Counted from the first letter of the stretch, positions 1 through 12,403 are shown. The stretch is DNA of 64,000 nt from Patescibacteria group bacterium (GCA_038063735.1 JBBTUN010000006.1:8485-72484), one strand, 5' to 3'. Numbers and translations: made by a program. Notes: generated by a model from the letters alone, not told the origin.

Positions 1-551
1 TTTAAATATAGCGGAATAAATCTGTGCATCTCTCCATACAGTTTTATATTTTTTATTACTTCCGATCTATATGCTTTAAGAGTACATCCATAATCATGCA
101 GTTTAACTCCAGTAACTTTCGAAATCATAATATTAGCAAATTTACTTGGAATTAACCTCGAAAGCAGATTGTCCTTTCTGTTTTTCCGCCATCCAGACAC
201 AACGTCGTATCCCTTGTTTACCCTATCGAATAATAAGCAAATGTCTGCAGGATCGTTTTGCAAATCGCTATCTATAGTAACGATTACTTTGCCGGAAGCA
301 TACTCAAAACCCGCCATTAAGGCAGCTGTTTGGCCAAAATTCCTCGCGAATTCGATAACTTTTACTGATCTGTTTCTTCGCGATAATTCTAAGAGGACAT
401 CATGGCAGTTATCCGTCGAACCATCATTAACAAAAATAATTTCCCATGAAGAAGTAAATTTATTCAGCTCTAATTTCAGTTTCTGAAAAAGGACTTTTAG
501 ATTTTTTTCCTCATTATAAACAGGCGAAATTACAGAGAGTTTTATTGGCAT
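1..551 (-). CDS. Family 2 glycosyltransferase, polyprenyl-phosphate sugar synthase-like (GtrB/Ppm1/ArnC type). The C-terminus runs off the window edge.
   Basis: The minus-strand translation starts MPIKLSVISPVYNEE, then DGSTD and a TIDSDLQNDP (DxD-type) motif typical of GT2 dolichyl-phosphate sugar synthases. The plus-strand ORF 169..486 is an antisense shadow. Confidence 0.75.
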   Translation of the reverse strand, partial: MPIKLSVISPVYNEEKNLKVLFQKLKLELNKFTSSWEIIFVNDGSTDNCHDVLLELSRRNRSVKVIEFARNFGQTAALMAGFEYASGKVIVTIDSDLQNDPADICLLFDRVNKGYDVVSGWRKNRKDNLLSRLIPSKFANIMISKVTGVKLHDYGCTLKAYRSEVIKNIKLYGEMHRFIPLYL

Positions 552-664
552 ACCAATATAAATTACGTCAAGAATTTACTTCTGTTTAGCAAAAATGCCC
601 AAATTAGTCTATAGGCAATATCAATATAATGATTTCCTTAAGATCTTTTTGATAAACTAACAGA

Positions 665-2818
665 ATGATCAAGCAGTTATTAAATAATTCTTGGCCCCTG
701 TTTATTATTGCCATAATTATTTTGATCTTTCATTCTCGCTTATTCATTCCATACACCTCATTTTACAACCCTCCAGATTATGGAAGGAGCGATGCTTGGA
801 ATCTTTCCATTGCAAACAAGTACTATTATTCTCAACAAGTAAAGCTAAATAAGCTGCCAATTTGGAATCCCTTGATAGGTACAGGTTTCCCTGTGCTCGC
901 AGAAGGACAAACAGGGATATTTTTCTTGTCAAATATTGTATTGTTTCGATTTTTACCCTTTCCGCTTGCATACGACATCAATATAATTTTGACGTTTTAC
1001 ATTGCGGCAGTAGGAACATATTTTTTTGCCAGATCTCTTACTCTAAGTAAAATTGCATCGCTCTATGGTGGGATCTTATTTTCCATGGGTGGCTTTTTTG
1101 TAGTACACGTACAGCACCTACACCTAATTCAAGCAGCTTCGATACTACCTTGGCTCTTTTGGGCTATCAATATGTATGTCGGTAGCAGCAGAAAACTATA
1201 CTTAAGCGCATTCGCACTGCTCCTGTCTCAGCAACTTTTTGCAGGTTTTCCACAGCTTGTCTTTTATACACTTTTTGGAATCTGCATCTACTTGTGCATA
1301 AGAATTCTACTTTATAAAAACATCGAGAGAAGCAAACTAATGTTGATAATTCTTTTTACGATTTTAGGCTTCGGATTAGCTGCTGTACAACTATTGCCTA
1401 CATACGAACTACTTAAAGTCTCAGGCAGATCGTATACGGGTGCTAGTATCTTGGAACAATTTCCATACACCTATAAAAACCTTCTGCAATTTCTAAATCC
1501 ATTTATTCTGGGTAGCCCAAAAAATGGTACATATGCAACTTGGTCCCCAGGAACATGGGGGATCTACTGGGAAAGTGTAGCCTACGTCGGCATCATCCCG
1601 CTACTCCTAATACTATCTTCATTTTTTTTCAAGCATCGCGAGAAAGAATCAAAAAAAGTCTTTTGGATTTTCATCATTTTGGGAACACTATCACTTATGC
1701 TCTCATTGGGAAAATATTCCCCTACACACCCTATTTTCTCCATACCTCCATTTAACATATTCAGAGTACCTTCAAGATTTCTTTTAACTACCCAATTTTC
1801 GCTCTCTTTGCTTGCAGCCGGATCGTTAATTAAATTTAAAGGAAAATACATTACATGGGCTATAATATTTATTTCAACTGCAGACATTTTCTATTACTTT
1901 TACAATTACAATCCCACGTATGAAGCAAAAAAATGGCTGCAACCCCCAGAAACTGCCGAAGTCATAGGCAACAATTCTGAAAGAATTCTATCAGTAGGAC
2001 AATCGGAAAATTGGAACAAACACTTTTTAAAGGAAGGCTGGGCTAAGGCCAATGACTATTATTACTTTGCTCGCAACAGCTTAGATCAAAATTCTAACCT
2101 GATCTTCTCAAAATCTCAGATATCCGCTTACGAAAGCTTACGCCCCAAAAGACTAAAAGAATTCACAGACGCTATTTATGATGGTTTTACTGTGGATGGA
2201 AATAAGCTAACTCTAAGCGATAAATCAGCAAGGATGCTTACAGCGTCATATCTGTCTACAATAGTCACAACTAAGGACCTTCAGAATGATAACTACGAGA
2301 AGATTTATCAATATAAGCCTACGGGTAACGACACTTTCAGTGTATATAGCAACAGAGAAGAGCCGATTCGCACTTATATTGCCACGAATTACACATTAGC
2401 AACTTCAATTGATGAAATTAAGGCAATAGCCAAAAATTCAACTTTTGACCCACAAAAAAAGCCAATATTAGAAATTGACCCACTTCTAAGTAAAGATTTC
2501 CTGGCAAGCAGCTGGACAACAAAAATAACAGGTAGTTCAGAGAATGAAGTGAATTTATTCGCCGATTTAAACGGTGACGGCATATTAATACTTGCAGATA
2601 GTTATCATCCTGGCTGGAGTGCTTACGATAATGGACAAAAAGTAGAAATAATACCTGCAAATATTAATCAGAGAGGACTATCTCTAAAAAGCGGGGGCCA
2701 TCAAATTACATTCAAATATCAGCCATCAAGTGTATTTTTAGGAGCGCTGATATCCTTAACAAGCATAATAATTTTATCGATATTTTCTGTGTTTGAATAC
2801 TACAAAAGCAAAAAATAA
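665..2818 (+). CDS. Large polytopic membrane protein, YfhO-like. Putative GT-C fold glycosyltransferase.
   Basis: 717 aa. The N-terminal ~400 aa contains many TM helices and there is a long C-terminal extracytoplasmic domain. The architecture matches the YfhO/ArnT-like family; sequence-level assignment is tentative. Confidence 0.45.
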   Translation: MIKQLLNNSWPLFIIAIIILIFHSRLFIPYTSFYNPPDYGRSDAWNLSIANKYYYSQQVKLNKLPIWNPLIGTGFPVLAEGQTGIFFLSNIVLFRFLPFPLAYDINIILTFYIAAVGTYFFARSLTLSKIASLYGGILFSMGGFFVVHVQHLHLIQAASILPWLFWAINMYVGSSRKLYLSAFALLLSQQLFAGFPQLVFYTLFGICIYLCIRILLYKNIERSKLMLIILFTILGFGLAAVQLLPTYELLKVSGRSYTGASILEQFPYTYKNLLQFLNPFILGSPKNGTYATWSPGTWGIYWESVAYVGIIPLLLILSSFFFKHREKESKKVFWIFIILGTLSLMLSLGKYSPTHPIFSIPPFNIFRVPSRFLLTTQFSLSLLAAGSLIKFKGKYITWAIIFISTADIFYYFYNYNPTYEAKKWLQPPETAEVIGNNSERILSVGQSENWNKHFLKEGWAKANDYYYFARNSLDQNSNLIFSKSQISAYESLRPKRLKEFTDAIYDGFTVDGNKLTLSDKSARMLTASYLSTIVTTKDLQNDNYEKIYQYKPTGNDTFSVYSNREEPIRTYIATNYTLATSIDEIKAIAKNSTFDPQKKPILEIDPLLSKDFLASSWTTKITGSSENEVNLFADLNGDGILILADSYHPGWSAYDNGQKVEIIPANINQRGLSLKSGGHQITFKYQPSSVFLGALISLTSIIILSIFSVFEYYKSKK

Positions 2819-4888
2819 CTAAAAGCCTTTGGGGAATTCACCTGGTGTTTTTCTCATCTCGTCTGCTTTATCAAAATAGTTTTTGGCGTTTACTTGGTCT
2901 TTTAGGCAATTACTATAAACAACAGCAACAGCTTCAACGAACTGCCAGTTCTTGCTATCAATTCTGCTTGCAGTCATAAAATAATCCAATGCTTCGCTAC
3001 AATTTCCCCCTTTAAAGTAGACATCTCCCAAGATTGCGTAAGCTTCCTTTCGGTCTGGAAGTAACATTTTTGCCTTACTAGCAAAAAGTGTAGATTTTTC
3101 TAAACTCCCTTCTGTGAGGTGGTAATTAGCAACTGCGACAAGCGCTTTATAATATTGTTCTTCTATGTGTGTGGTTATATATTGGGTATAGCCAGTACTC
3201 TTTCCAAAGTCTTGGTAGTAAAATTTAGAAAAAGCTTCGTCATTTAGCCGAGATACCTCATCGCTAAAGTCATTGTCACTTGGGTATAACTTTTGGATAA
3301 GTCCTACCGGGAAAGATTTGTAATCTGGATCAAGAACTATATCTTGTATATAAATCGGGAATTTATCGAAGTTTGATTGCACCAAAGCATTCACTGCTCC
3401 TGGATAATCTTTAATACTCGGGTCTAAAAAGTTTTCCGGATAACTAAGTTGTGGGTATTGTTTAACAATCTGCTCTCTGTATTCCAAATAGCTAAGAGAC
3501 CCAGCAGCAATCAATTTTATATTCTCATAACCATCCATTTTGTAATAAATATATCGCGCGTTAAAAAGTGAAGTATCTCCTATTAAAAAAACTATGGCGT
3601 TCGGTTCCGCTGAAACTAAAATGTCGTGTCCATACCAATCTCCAACTTCAAACCGGCTTAAATTTGTCTTTGAATCATTTAAGAAGTAATTTGAAAAGAT
3701 GATCAGAAACAATGACAAGGTCAAAAGTAATTTAATTGAGTCACTTTTTAATACAGCAACTTTGGTATTACTTCTAAAAAATTTGTGGATAAAATTAATA
3801 ACGAACAAACACCCGTAAGCCATAAATATAGCGACAAGGAAGTAACTTGCTAAAATAAATCTTTCCCATAACCCTGTGTAAAAATCATTCGGTAGAGGGA
3901 AAGCAGAGTAAAAAACAAAAAATGGTCCTACAGAGAGTACAGATAAGATGAAAAACCAAAAGTAAATTCTGGCTCGGATAAAGCTATACACAATTCCGAT
4001 AAAAATAAAGAAAATGCCAATATGCGAGAAGTCAGCTTTAAGAAATGATGCAAACCCCCAAACCGACACCAGTCTCTGTAAAAACGTTGAAGAAACCAAA
4101 AATGATGAGGCTGTAAAAGTCCCGTAATCACTCCTTGTGATAAGTCGGACTAGGTTTTGGAAGCTAACAGGATCATCCCAATTTACTGGAGTTTTTCTTA
4201 GTGCAGCCCAAACAACAAAGATGTAAGGTAATAGTCCTAAGGCAAAAAAAGCGATTAGCCTAACAACAAGTAATTTATTTCTATAAATACTTTTGTCCGT
4301 TTTAAATAGGAAATACAGTATGGCAGGTAGTAAAAGCGCAGCAGTATGATGGTGAAACACTGCCAGTCCATAAAAAAACGCTGACCAATTTAATAATTTA
4401 TAATTTTTACTCTTTAAGTAAAATGACTCTCTCCACGAAATCAAAAAATAAATCGCAGCTGCTATTAAAACAATATTTAATTGGAAAACCTCATAAATAT
4501 GTGCGTACAGCCAATACAGGGGTACAAAAGCTAAAAAAAAGCTTGCAAACAAACTAGCAAATATATTTTTTGTCAACTTGTTACAAATCAAATACAATAG
4601 CGAGATAGCCAGCGCACTTAAAAATGCTGCTGCCAGGTTCGCCTTAAAAGCAACTGTTGCATTAAAAGGCAAATGGGTAAAAACCCATCCAATCATGGTG
4701 TTTAGGGGGTAACCTGGCGGATGTGCAACACCACCAAACCAGGAAGCCAAAATAATATCCCCGCTGTCTCCTCCATACACAGAATGCGAAACACCAAGCG
4801 CATATAGGGGAAATAAAAAAAGAAAAACCAAAATCGCCATCATTTTTATTTTAAACATTAAACCACAAAAAGAGGCACGCATACCCAT
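2819..4888 (-). CDS. DUF2723/TMEM260-like membrane glycosyltransferase (protein O-mannosyltransferase-like) with C-terminal TPR repeats.
   Basis: The N-terminus has the GDSGD...HPPGYPL signature of DUF2723. It is multi-TM and the C-terminus has TPR-like repeats. It lies 38 bp downstream of the pilin gene on the same strand. Confidence 0.6.
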   Translation of the reverse strand: MGMRASFCGLMFKIKMMAILVFLFLFPLYALGVSHSVYGGDSGDIILASWFGGVAHPPGYPLNTMIGWVFTHLPFNATVAFKANLAAAFLSALAISLLYLICNKLTKNIFASLFASFFLAFVPLYWLYAHIYEVFQLNIVLIAAAIYFLISWRESFYLKSKNYKLLNWSAFFYGLAVFHHHTAALLLPAILYFLFKTDKSIYRNKLLVVRLIAFFALGLLPYIFVVWAALRKTPVNWDDPVSFQNLVRLITRSDYGTFTASSFLVSSTFLQRLVSVWGFASFLKADFSHIGIFFIFIGIVYSFIRARIYFWFFILSVLSVGPFFVFYSAFPLPNDFYTGLWERFILASYFLVAIFMAYGCLFVINFIHKFFRSNTKVAVLKSDSIKLLLTLSLFLIIFSNYFLNDSKTNLSRFEVGDWYGHDILVSAEPNAIVFLIGDTSLFNARYIYYKMDGYENIKLIAAGSLSYLEYREQIVKQYPQLSYPENFLDPSIKDYPGAVNALVQSNFDKFPIYIQDIVLDPDYKSFPVGLIQKLYPSDNDFSDEVSRLNDEAFSKFYYQDFGKSTGYTQYITTHIEEQYYKALVAVANYHLTEGSLEKSTLFASKAKMLLPDRKEAYAILGDVYFKGGNCSEALDYFMTASRIDSKNWQFVEAVAVVYSNCLKDQVNAKNYFDKADEMRKTPGEFPKGF

Positions 4889-4926
4889 ATGACATAAACG
4901 TGCCTCTTATATGCTTTTAAATTTCA

Positions 4927-5391
4927 TCAAGGAGCTGAGCAACTTGCTGCAGCCAAAATTTCAATGGCAGAACCTTGACTTGATCTCCAGCACCAAAATC
5001 CGGTAGCACCAGTTGGGTCACCTAGAGATGCATACATTGCAACCTCAGAAGGACCACCTCCAGTTCCACATCCCGTTGCGTTTCCAGAAGTTATATAGTC
5101 GTACGCAATACCACCCACGTTTGTTGGTAATTGCTTCAAGTAACCTTGCTGAGTTAACACTGGTAATGAAAGTGGGTAACAACCAGCACCTGGAGTTGTG
5201 AAAAATCCCTGGACCTCTGTGACTACAGCACCAATATCATTCTTCCTCTTGGCGTCTTGTGCTTGTCTTTGTCTTTTCCCAGGATTGATAGCAATAAGTA
5301 CTGCTGCAGCTAAAATACCAATAATGGCAATAACTATAAGAAGCTCGATAAGGGTGAAACCCTTGAGTCTTTTTTGGGCAGATTTAATCAT
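4927..5391 (-). CDS. Type IV pilin / pseudopilin (prepilin-type N-terminal cleavage/methylation domain).
   Basis: The N-terminus reads KGFTLIELLIVIAIIGILAA, a class III signal with a conserved Glu at +5. Confidence 0.85.
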   Translation of the reverse strand: MIKSAQKRLKGFTLIELLIVIAIIGILAAAVLIAINPGKRQRQAQDAKRKNDIGAVVTEVQGFFTTPGAGCYPLSLPVLTQQGYLKQLPTNVGGIAYDYITSGNATGCGTGGGPSEVAMYASLGDPTGATGFWCWRSSQGSAIEILAAASCSAP

Positions 5392-5482
5392 AATTTTTTG
5401 GTTTCACCTCCTCTCGGACAATAAAATTTGTCTATGTATCCAGTATTAACGCAAACTAATTTTTTGTCAACATTCATTTTTA

Positions 5483-6688
5483 TCAAAATTGGGCTGTAAG
5501 GTTATAAATAGGCATGATAATAGAAAGCACCAAGACACCAACACTTGCACCCAGCACGACTAATATAATCGGCTCAAGAGCCGTAGTTAGGTTTCTTACC
5601 ATGTTTTCGCTTTCCTGCTCAAAATAAAGGGCAAGCCGCCCCAAAACCTCATCCATTTTCCCTGTTTCCTCGCCAACACGAATCATTTGGGCAATAATCG
5701 GCGGAAAAACCGGATTGGCCGCAAGAGGTACATGCAGTGGGGAACCCCTTTCTACTCTTGTCATAGCATTGTCTATCCCATCACGGTAAGTGGAATTAGT
5801 TAATATGTCCCGAACCACACGCAGCGCCGTAATAATTGGTATTCCTGTGCCAATCAAAAGACCCAGAGTCCTTGTAAACTCTGCCAAAATTAAAGTTTTT
5901 CGCATCTTGCCCCAAACAGGTAAATTTAAAACTACTTTGGAAATCAAATCGGCGCCTTGTGGAGTTTTTGCAAAAGTCCTGAAAGCAAATGTGGCGCCGC
6001 CAATTACAATAATAATAAGCCACCAAAAACCTCTCATAAAGTTAGACACTCCTATGAGTATTCTGGTTATTAGAGGGAGTTGAGTCCCCATTTCTGTATA
6101 AAGACTGGTTAATTTGGGGATAACAAAAATCATCATCATAGTCATCACTACAACCATCACAAATACAACGATTACAGGGTAGATAAACGCACCCTTAGTT
6201 TTAGACTTGAATTCTCTTTCTTTTTCCAAAGATTCCGCCAGCTTTCCAAGCACCTTGTCCAGAACACCGCCTGTCTCACCAGCCTCAATCAATTTTATGT
6301 ATACAACCGTAAAAACCTTAGGATGCGTCGCCATTGCCTGAGAAAGAGAAAGTCCTCCTTCAACATCGGTAACTACTTGCGACAACACTTTTGCAAAAGT
6401 GCCACTTTTGGTCTGCCTTTGCAAAATCATCAAGGAATCCGTAATAGGTAACCCCGCAGAAACCATGGTAGAAAGCTGCCGTGTGAATCCAACTAGTTCT
6501 CCGTAAGAAACACCGCCTCCAAAAGAAAATCCACTTACGAGGCTCTTGCCCCCTTTTTTTCTAACATCAATGGGGGTCAGCTTTTCTTGCTGGAGAATCT
6601 TGATGAGTGAAGCCTCGTCTATCGATTCAACTTCCCCGGAGACTGCCTTTCCTTCTGCATCTTTTGCTAAATATTTATATAAAGACAT
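5483..6688 (-). CDS. pilC: Type IV pilus assembly platform protein PilC (GspF family).
   Basis: 401 aa with duplicated GspF-type domains and 3 TM segments. It sits between the pilin and pilT. Confidence 0.85.
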   Translation of the reverse strand: MSLYKYLAKDAEGKAVSGEVESIDEASLIKILQQEKLTPIDVRKKGGKSLVSGFSFGGGVSYGELVGFTRQLSTMVSAGLPITDSLMILQRQTKSGTFAKVLSQVVTDVEGGLSLSQAMATHPKVFTVVYIKLIEAGETGGVLDKVLGKLAESLEKEREFKSKTKGAFIYPVIVVFVMVVVMTMMMIFVIPKLTSLYTEMGTQLPLITRILIGVSNFMRGFWWLIIIVIGGATFAFRTFAKTPQGADLISKVVLNLPVWGKMRKTLILAEFTRTLGLLIGTGIPIITALRVVRDILTNSTYRDGIDNAMTRVERGSPLHVPLAANPVFPPIIAQMIRVGEETGKMDEVLGRLALYFEQESENMVRNLTTALEPIILVVLGASVGVLVLSIIMPIYNLTAQF

Positions 6689-6707
6689 TTTTTAACTACT
6701 TTGTATT

Positions 6708-7802
6708 TCACTTCTCTTTGTCTTGCACAATCCTGCTTTCAATTAGCCGCTCAAGCTCTTTTGGTCTTAAACTGTACCTTTTGGCAGTATCAATAGAAAT
6801 TTTTCCGGCCCTAACCAAATAGGCAAGCGAGGCGTCAAAAAGCACCATGCCACTTTCTCCGGACGTTTGAATAATATTATCGATTTGGTGAGTTTTTCCG
6901 TCACGAACCGCGGTTTGCACGGCATTAGATGAAAGGAGAATCTCGCAAGCAGGTATCCTGCCCCCACCGATAACTGGAACCAAACGGATAGAAATTATTC
7001 CGGCAATTGTCGCCGCTAGTTGCATTCTAACTTGTGCTTGCTGGTTCTCCGGGAAAACGTCAATAATACGGTCAATAGATTGCGCAGCGCTGTTGGTGTG
7101 CAGCGTTGCAAACACCAAATGCCCGGTTTCGGCAACCGTTATAGCGGAAGCAATCGTTTCAAAATCTCTCATCTCACCAACCAATACAACATCTGGGTCT
7201 TCCCGCAGAGCGCTCCGCAGAGCAACATCCCACGAGTGCGTATCCAAGTGCATTTCCCGCTGGGAAACTAACGCCTTTCCCTTTGGATACACATATTCAA
7301 TAGGGTCCTCAATCGTCAATATATGCAGTGGTTGGTTCATATTAATTTCATTGATAACAGAAGCAATAGCCGTAGACTTTCCGTGCCCGGTAGGACCCGT
7401 AACCAAAATGAAACCTTGTCTCATGGCCGCAAAATTGTGCAGAATTCTTGGCAGGGACAATTCTTCAATAGTCTTAATATAATTTGGAATAAGCCTGAGA
7501 GCTGCCGAGATATACCCCTTTTCAAAGTAGGCATTAACCCTGAACCTGGCAACTTCTCCAAGAGCAAACGAGAAATCAATTTCTTTATTAACTGTAAACA
7601 TTTCCCGCTGCTCGGTAGAAAGAAGTTCAAAAACTAAACTTTCCGCTTCATCCGGCGACAGGGAACTGGACGTTAACGGTATTAACTGCCCATCGATCCT
7701 AATCATTGGAGGATGACCGGTAACCAAATGCAAATCCGATGCTTCTTTCTTTACCGTTATTTCTAAAAATTCCTGTATACCCATAAAATCAGTCAGGGTC
7801 AA
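6708..7802 (-). CDS. pilT: Twitching-motility retraction ATPase PilT. The real start is probably the ATG at 7784.
   Basis: Walker A GPTGHGKST and Asp/His boxes. Length is about 358 aa. The ORF-finder start is a TTG; an in-frame ATG (MGIQEF) lies 6 codons downstream. Confidence 0.85.
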   Translation of the reverse strand: MTLTDFMGIQEFLEITVKKEASDLHLVTGHPPMIRIDGQLIPLTSSSLSPDEAESLVFELLSTEQREMFTVNKEIDFSFALGEVARFRVNAYFEKGYISAALRLIPNYIKTIEELSLPRILHNFAAMRQGFILVTGPTGHGKSTAIASVINEINMNQPLHILTIEDPIEYVYPKGKALVSQREMHLDTHSWDVALRSALREDPDVVLVGEMRDFETIASAITVAETGHLVFATLHTNSAAQSIDRIIDVFPENQQAQVRMQLAATIAGIISIRLVPVIGGGRIPACEILLSSNAVQTAVRDGKTHQIDNIIQTSGESGMVLFDASLAYLVRAGKISIDTAKRYSLRPKELERLIESRIVQDKEK

Positions 7803-7852
7803 AGTTGAAAGTGAAAAGTATCTTTACCCTATGACTTTACACTTTGACTTAT

Positions 7853-9619
7853 TTATTCCTGCGCGACCCTTAGTACCTCCTCTATTGTAGTTGTACCTTC
7901 TATCACTTTTAAATAACCATCTTGCTTCATAGTTATCATACCATCAGAAACTGCCTGGTTTTCCAAAGTTTGAGCTGTTTCACGAACAAGTATCAGTCTC
8001 GATATTTTCTCCGTAATCAGGAGCATTTCATAAATTCCTATTCTGCCCTGATAGCCGGTATTGTTACAATCCGGACAACCACGGCCGGCAAACAGCGTAA
8101 TTTTATTTTTTTCAAAGTCATATAGATTCCCTAAAACTTTCTTTAGCTCAGTAAGAACCTCACCGCTTACATCTTTCTGAAAGCGGCAAGTAGAGCAAAT
8201 TTTCCTAACAACACGCTGACCCACAACGCAGGTAACTGTAGAAGCGATCAAATACGGTTCGGCATGCATATCCAAAAGTCTTGGCAAAGCACCCGCCGAA
8301 CTATTAGTGTGAAGTGTAGAAAACACCAAATGTCCGGTCAAAGACGCCTGAATTGCAAGGTCTGCGGTTTCCGCGTCCCGAACCTCACCGACCATGATGA
8401 TGTTTGGGTCCTGACGCAAAAAAGACCTTAAACCGGAAGCAAACGTTAAACCTGCCTGCGTATTAACCTGCACCTGGTTTACACCGGCAATTTGATATTC
8501 GATAGGGTCCTCCAAAGTCACAATGTTAACGGCAGTCGAATTAAGCTTAGATAAAATAGAGTAGAGTGTCGTTGTCTTTCCGGATCCTGTTGGCCCGGTT
8601 ATCAAGATGATTCCATGCGGCCTGGCAATCGAATCCTGTAAGTTCGAAAGCGCCTTTCCCCTCAAACCCAATTCCGGCAATGTAGGCACACCTCCGGATT
8701 TCTTGAGAAGCCTCATAACGATCTTTTCCCCAAAGGCTGTCGGCAAAGTCGAAAGCCTTAAATCAAGATCTTCCTGGCCAATTTTAAAGTTAAACCTGGC
8801 GTCTTGCGGAATTCTTTTCTCGTCGATCTTCATGTTCCCCAGGATTTTTATCCTGGAAATTACCGCATCATGTATTTTGCGAGGTAAAACAAGTTTCTCC
8901 TGCAAAATTCCGTCTATTCGGTAACGAACCCTCGATTCGTTCTCCAGAGGCTCAATATGAATGTCCGATGCTTTTATCTTGATACCATATTCAAGTACCG
9001 TAGAAACGATCCTGGCAACCGGCGCTTCGCCTAAAACCGTTGTTGCGTCAAATTGTTGAACCTGTGTTTTTGATCCGCCCGCCGCATCCTTTAAAGCTTC
9101 TGTTACTTCCGAAGAAAGCCCCCTGTTGTACTGGTCTGCGATCGCGCGGTTAATAGAATCTGCCGTTGCCAAAAATGGCCTTACGGACAAACTGCTTTTT
9201 TTCTCCAAAAATTCAATAGTTTGCAAGTCTAATGGATCAACCATTGCCACAGACAAGGTGTCAACATCCTTGGAGATCGGTATTACCGTAAATCTCTTTG
9301 CAACATCTTCGGGTACAAAGTTTAAAAGTTCCGGAGAAAGCGGTTGAGTATCTGGCCTCGCGTAACCAACACCCATGACTATCGCCTTAGTCTGGGCTAT
9401 TTGTTCGGTAGACACCCAATTCATCTGCGCAATAATGGTTTCGGAAGTTTGTTGCCTTCTTTTTGACTCGTTTTTAACAAAGCTGACTTGCTCGGTAGTT
9501 AGAAGTCCTTTATCATGAAGTACGTCTTCTAAATAAGAAACTTTTTTGGTCTCATGTGGTTTAGTTTGCGCGATTTGGGCAGTACTGTTCATGCGATCAA
9601 TATACAAACACAGTGGCAA
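7853..9619 (-). CDS. pilB: Type IV pilus assembly ATPase PilB (GspE family).
   Basis: 588 aa with an N-terminal GspII domain, Walker A GPTGSGKTTT and a C-terminal tetracysteine motif CxxC...CPDC. Confidence 0.85.
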   Translation of the reverse strand: MPLCLYIDRMNSTAQIAQTKPHETKKVSYLEDVLHDKGLLTTEQVSFVKNESKRRQQTSETIIAQMNWVSTEQIAQTKAIVMGVGYARPDTQPLSPELLNFVPEDVAKRFTVIPISKDVDTLSVAMVDPLDLQTIEFLEKKSSLSVRPFLATADSINRAIADQYNRGLSSEVTEALKDAAGGSKTQVQQFDATTVLGEAPVARIVSTVLEYGIKIKASDIHIEPLENESRVRYRIDGILQEKLVLPRKIHDAVISRIKILGNMKIDEKRIPQDARFNFKIGQEDLDLRLSTLPTAFGEKIVMRLLKKSGGVPTLPELGLRGKALSNLQDSIARPHGIILITGPTGSGKTTTLYSILSKLNSTAVNIVTLEDPIEYQIAGVNQVQVNTQAGLTFASGLRSFLRQDPNIIMVGEVRDAETADLAIQASLTGHLVFSTLHTNSSAGALPRLLDMHAEPYLIASTVTCVVGQRVVRKICSTCRFQKDVSGEVLTELKKVLGNLYDFEKNKITLFAGRGCPDCNNTGYQGRIGIYEMLLITEKISRLILVRETAQTLENQAVSDGMITMKQDGYLKVIEGTTTIEEVLRVAQE

Positions 9620-9656
9620 GCGAATTCGCTGCCATATTTAAATAATAGCAAACTAG

Positions 9657-10343
9657 GTGTATAAAATGGAAATAAGCAAAATGGCAAAGAATAAAACAAC
9701 CAGAAAAAGCTTCCAAAGCTATTTAATTCTCACGAGTCTCAAAAGCTTCGATAAAGAATTAAATTCTTTGCTTACAAGCCTAGGTATTCAATCTAAAAAC
9801 GATCTGGATACAAAACTTATCGAACCTCAAAAAAACTCAATATCCATAGCGCAAATCCGAGAAATAAATAAAGATATCTACCAAAAACCTGTGATTTTGC
9901 CCTTAAAAGTCATCATCATAAAACAAGCTGACCTGCTTACCCCCGAAGCTCAAAATGCGCTGTTAAAAATATATGAAGAGCCACCGACCCACGCCATTAT
10001 TATTTTGCTAGCAACAGACACGAGACACCTGCTTCAAACTCTCTTGTCTCGGGCAGTTATTATCAAAAATCCAAATGACGAAGCGAGGGAAAAAGTAAGC
10101 AGCTTTTTAGAAACAAGCCCCATTGAATCCCTAAGGGAACTGGAGGGCATTCAAAATCCGAAGGAATGGCTAAACGAACAGATTACAGCAACATATTCAT
10201 TGCTTGTCGCAAGAATAAAAGCAGGCAAAGACACCAAAAGCATTTTGCAAACGCTCGTATTGTGCTCAAAGGCAAAAATTGCGCTTGACGCCAACGTTAA
10301 CCCTAAATTCACCCTTGCCAACCTGATACTTAACTCCACATAA
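9657..10343 (+). CDS. holB: DNA polymerase III delta-prime subunit-like (HolB, short form).
   Basis: Contains the IIIKQADLLTPEAQNALLKIYEEPP box (LLKTLEEPP-like) and LSRAVII (an SRC-like box). There is no Walker A motif, as expected for delta-prime. Confidence 0.6.
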   Translation: MYKMEISKMAKNKTTRKSFQSYLILTSLKSFDKELNSLLTSLGIQSKNDLDTKLIEPQKNSISIAQIREINKDIYQKPVILPLKVIIIKQADLLTPEAQNALLKIYEEPPTHAIIILLATDTRHLLQTLLSRAVIIKNPNDEAREKVSSFLETSPIESLRELEGIQNPKEWLNEQITATYSLLVARIKAGKDTKSILQTLVLCSKAKIALDANVNPKFTLANLILNST

Positions 10344-10429
10344 ATTGTCGAAACACGACCCTCAACCACAGCCTCAAAATAGCTTGCACAGCCTATTTAT
10401 CTCTGTTAGAATTAAACGAATGGTTTTGA

Positions 10430-12403
<1,974 letters not shown>

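Noticed and set aside
169-486. Supplied plus-strand ORF at the window start.
   Set aside because: It is antisense to a clear GT2 glycosyltransferase encoded on the minus strand (1..551).
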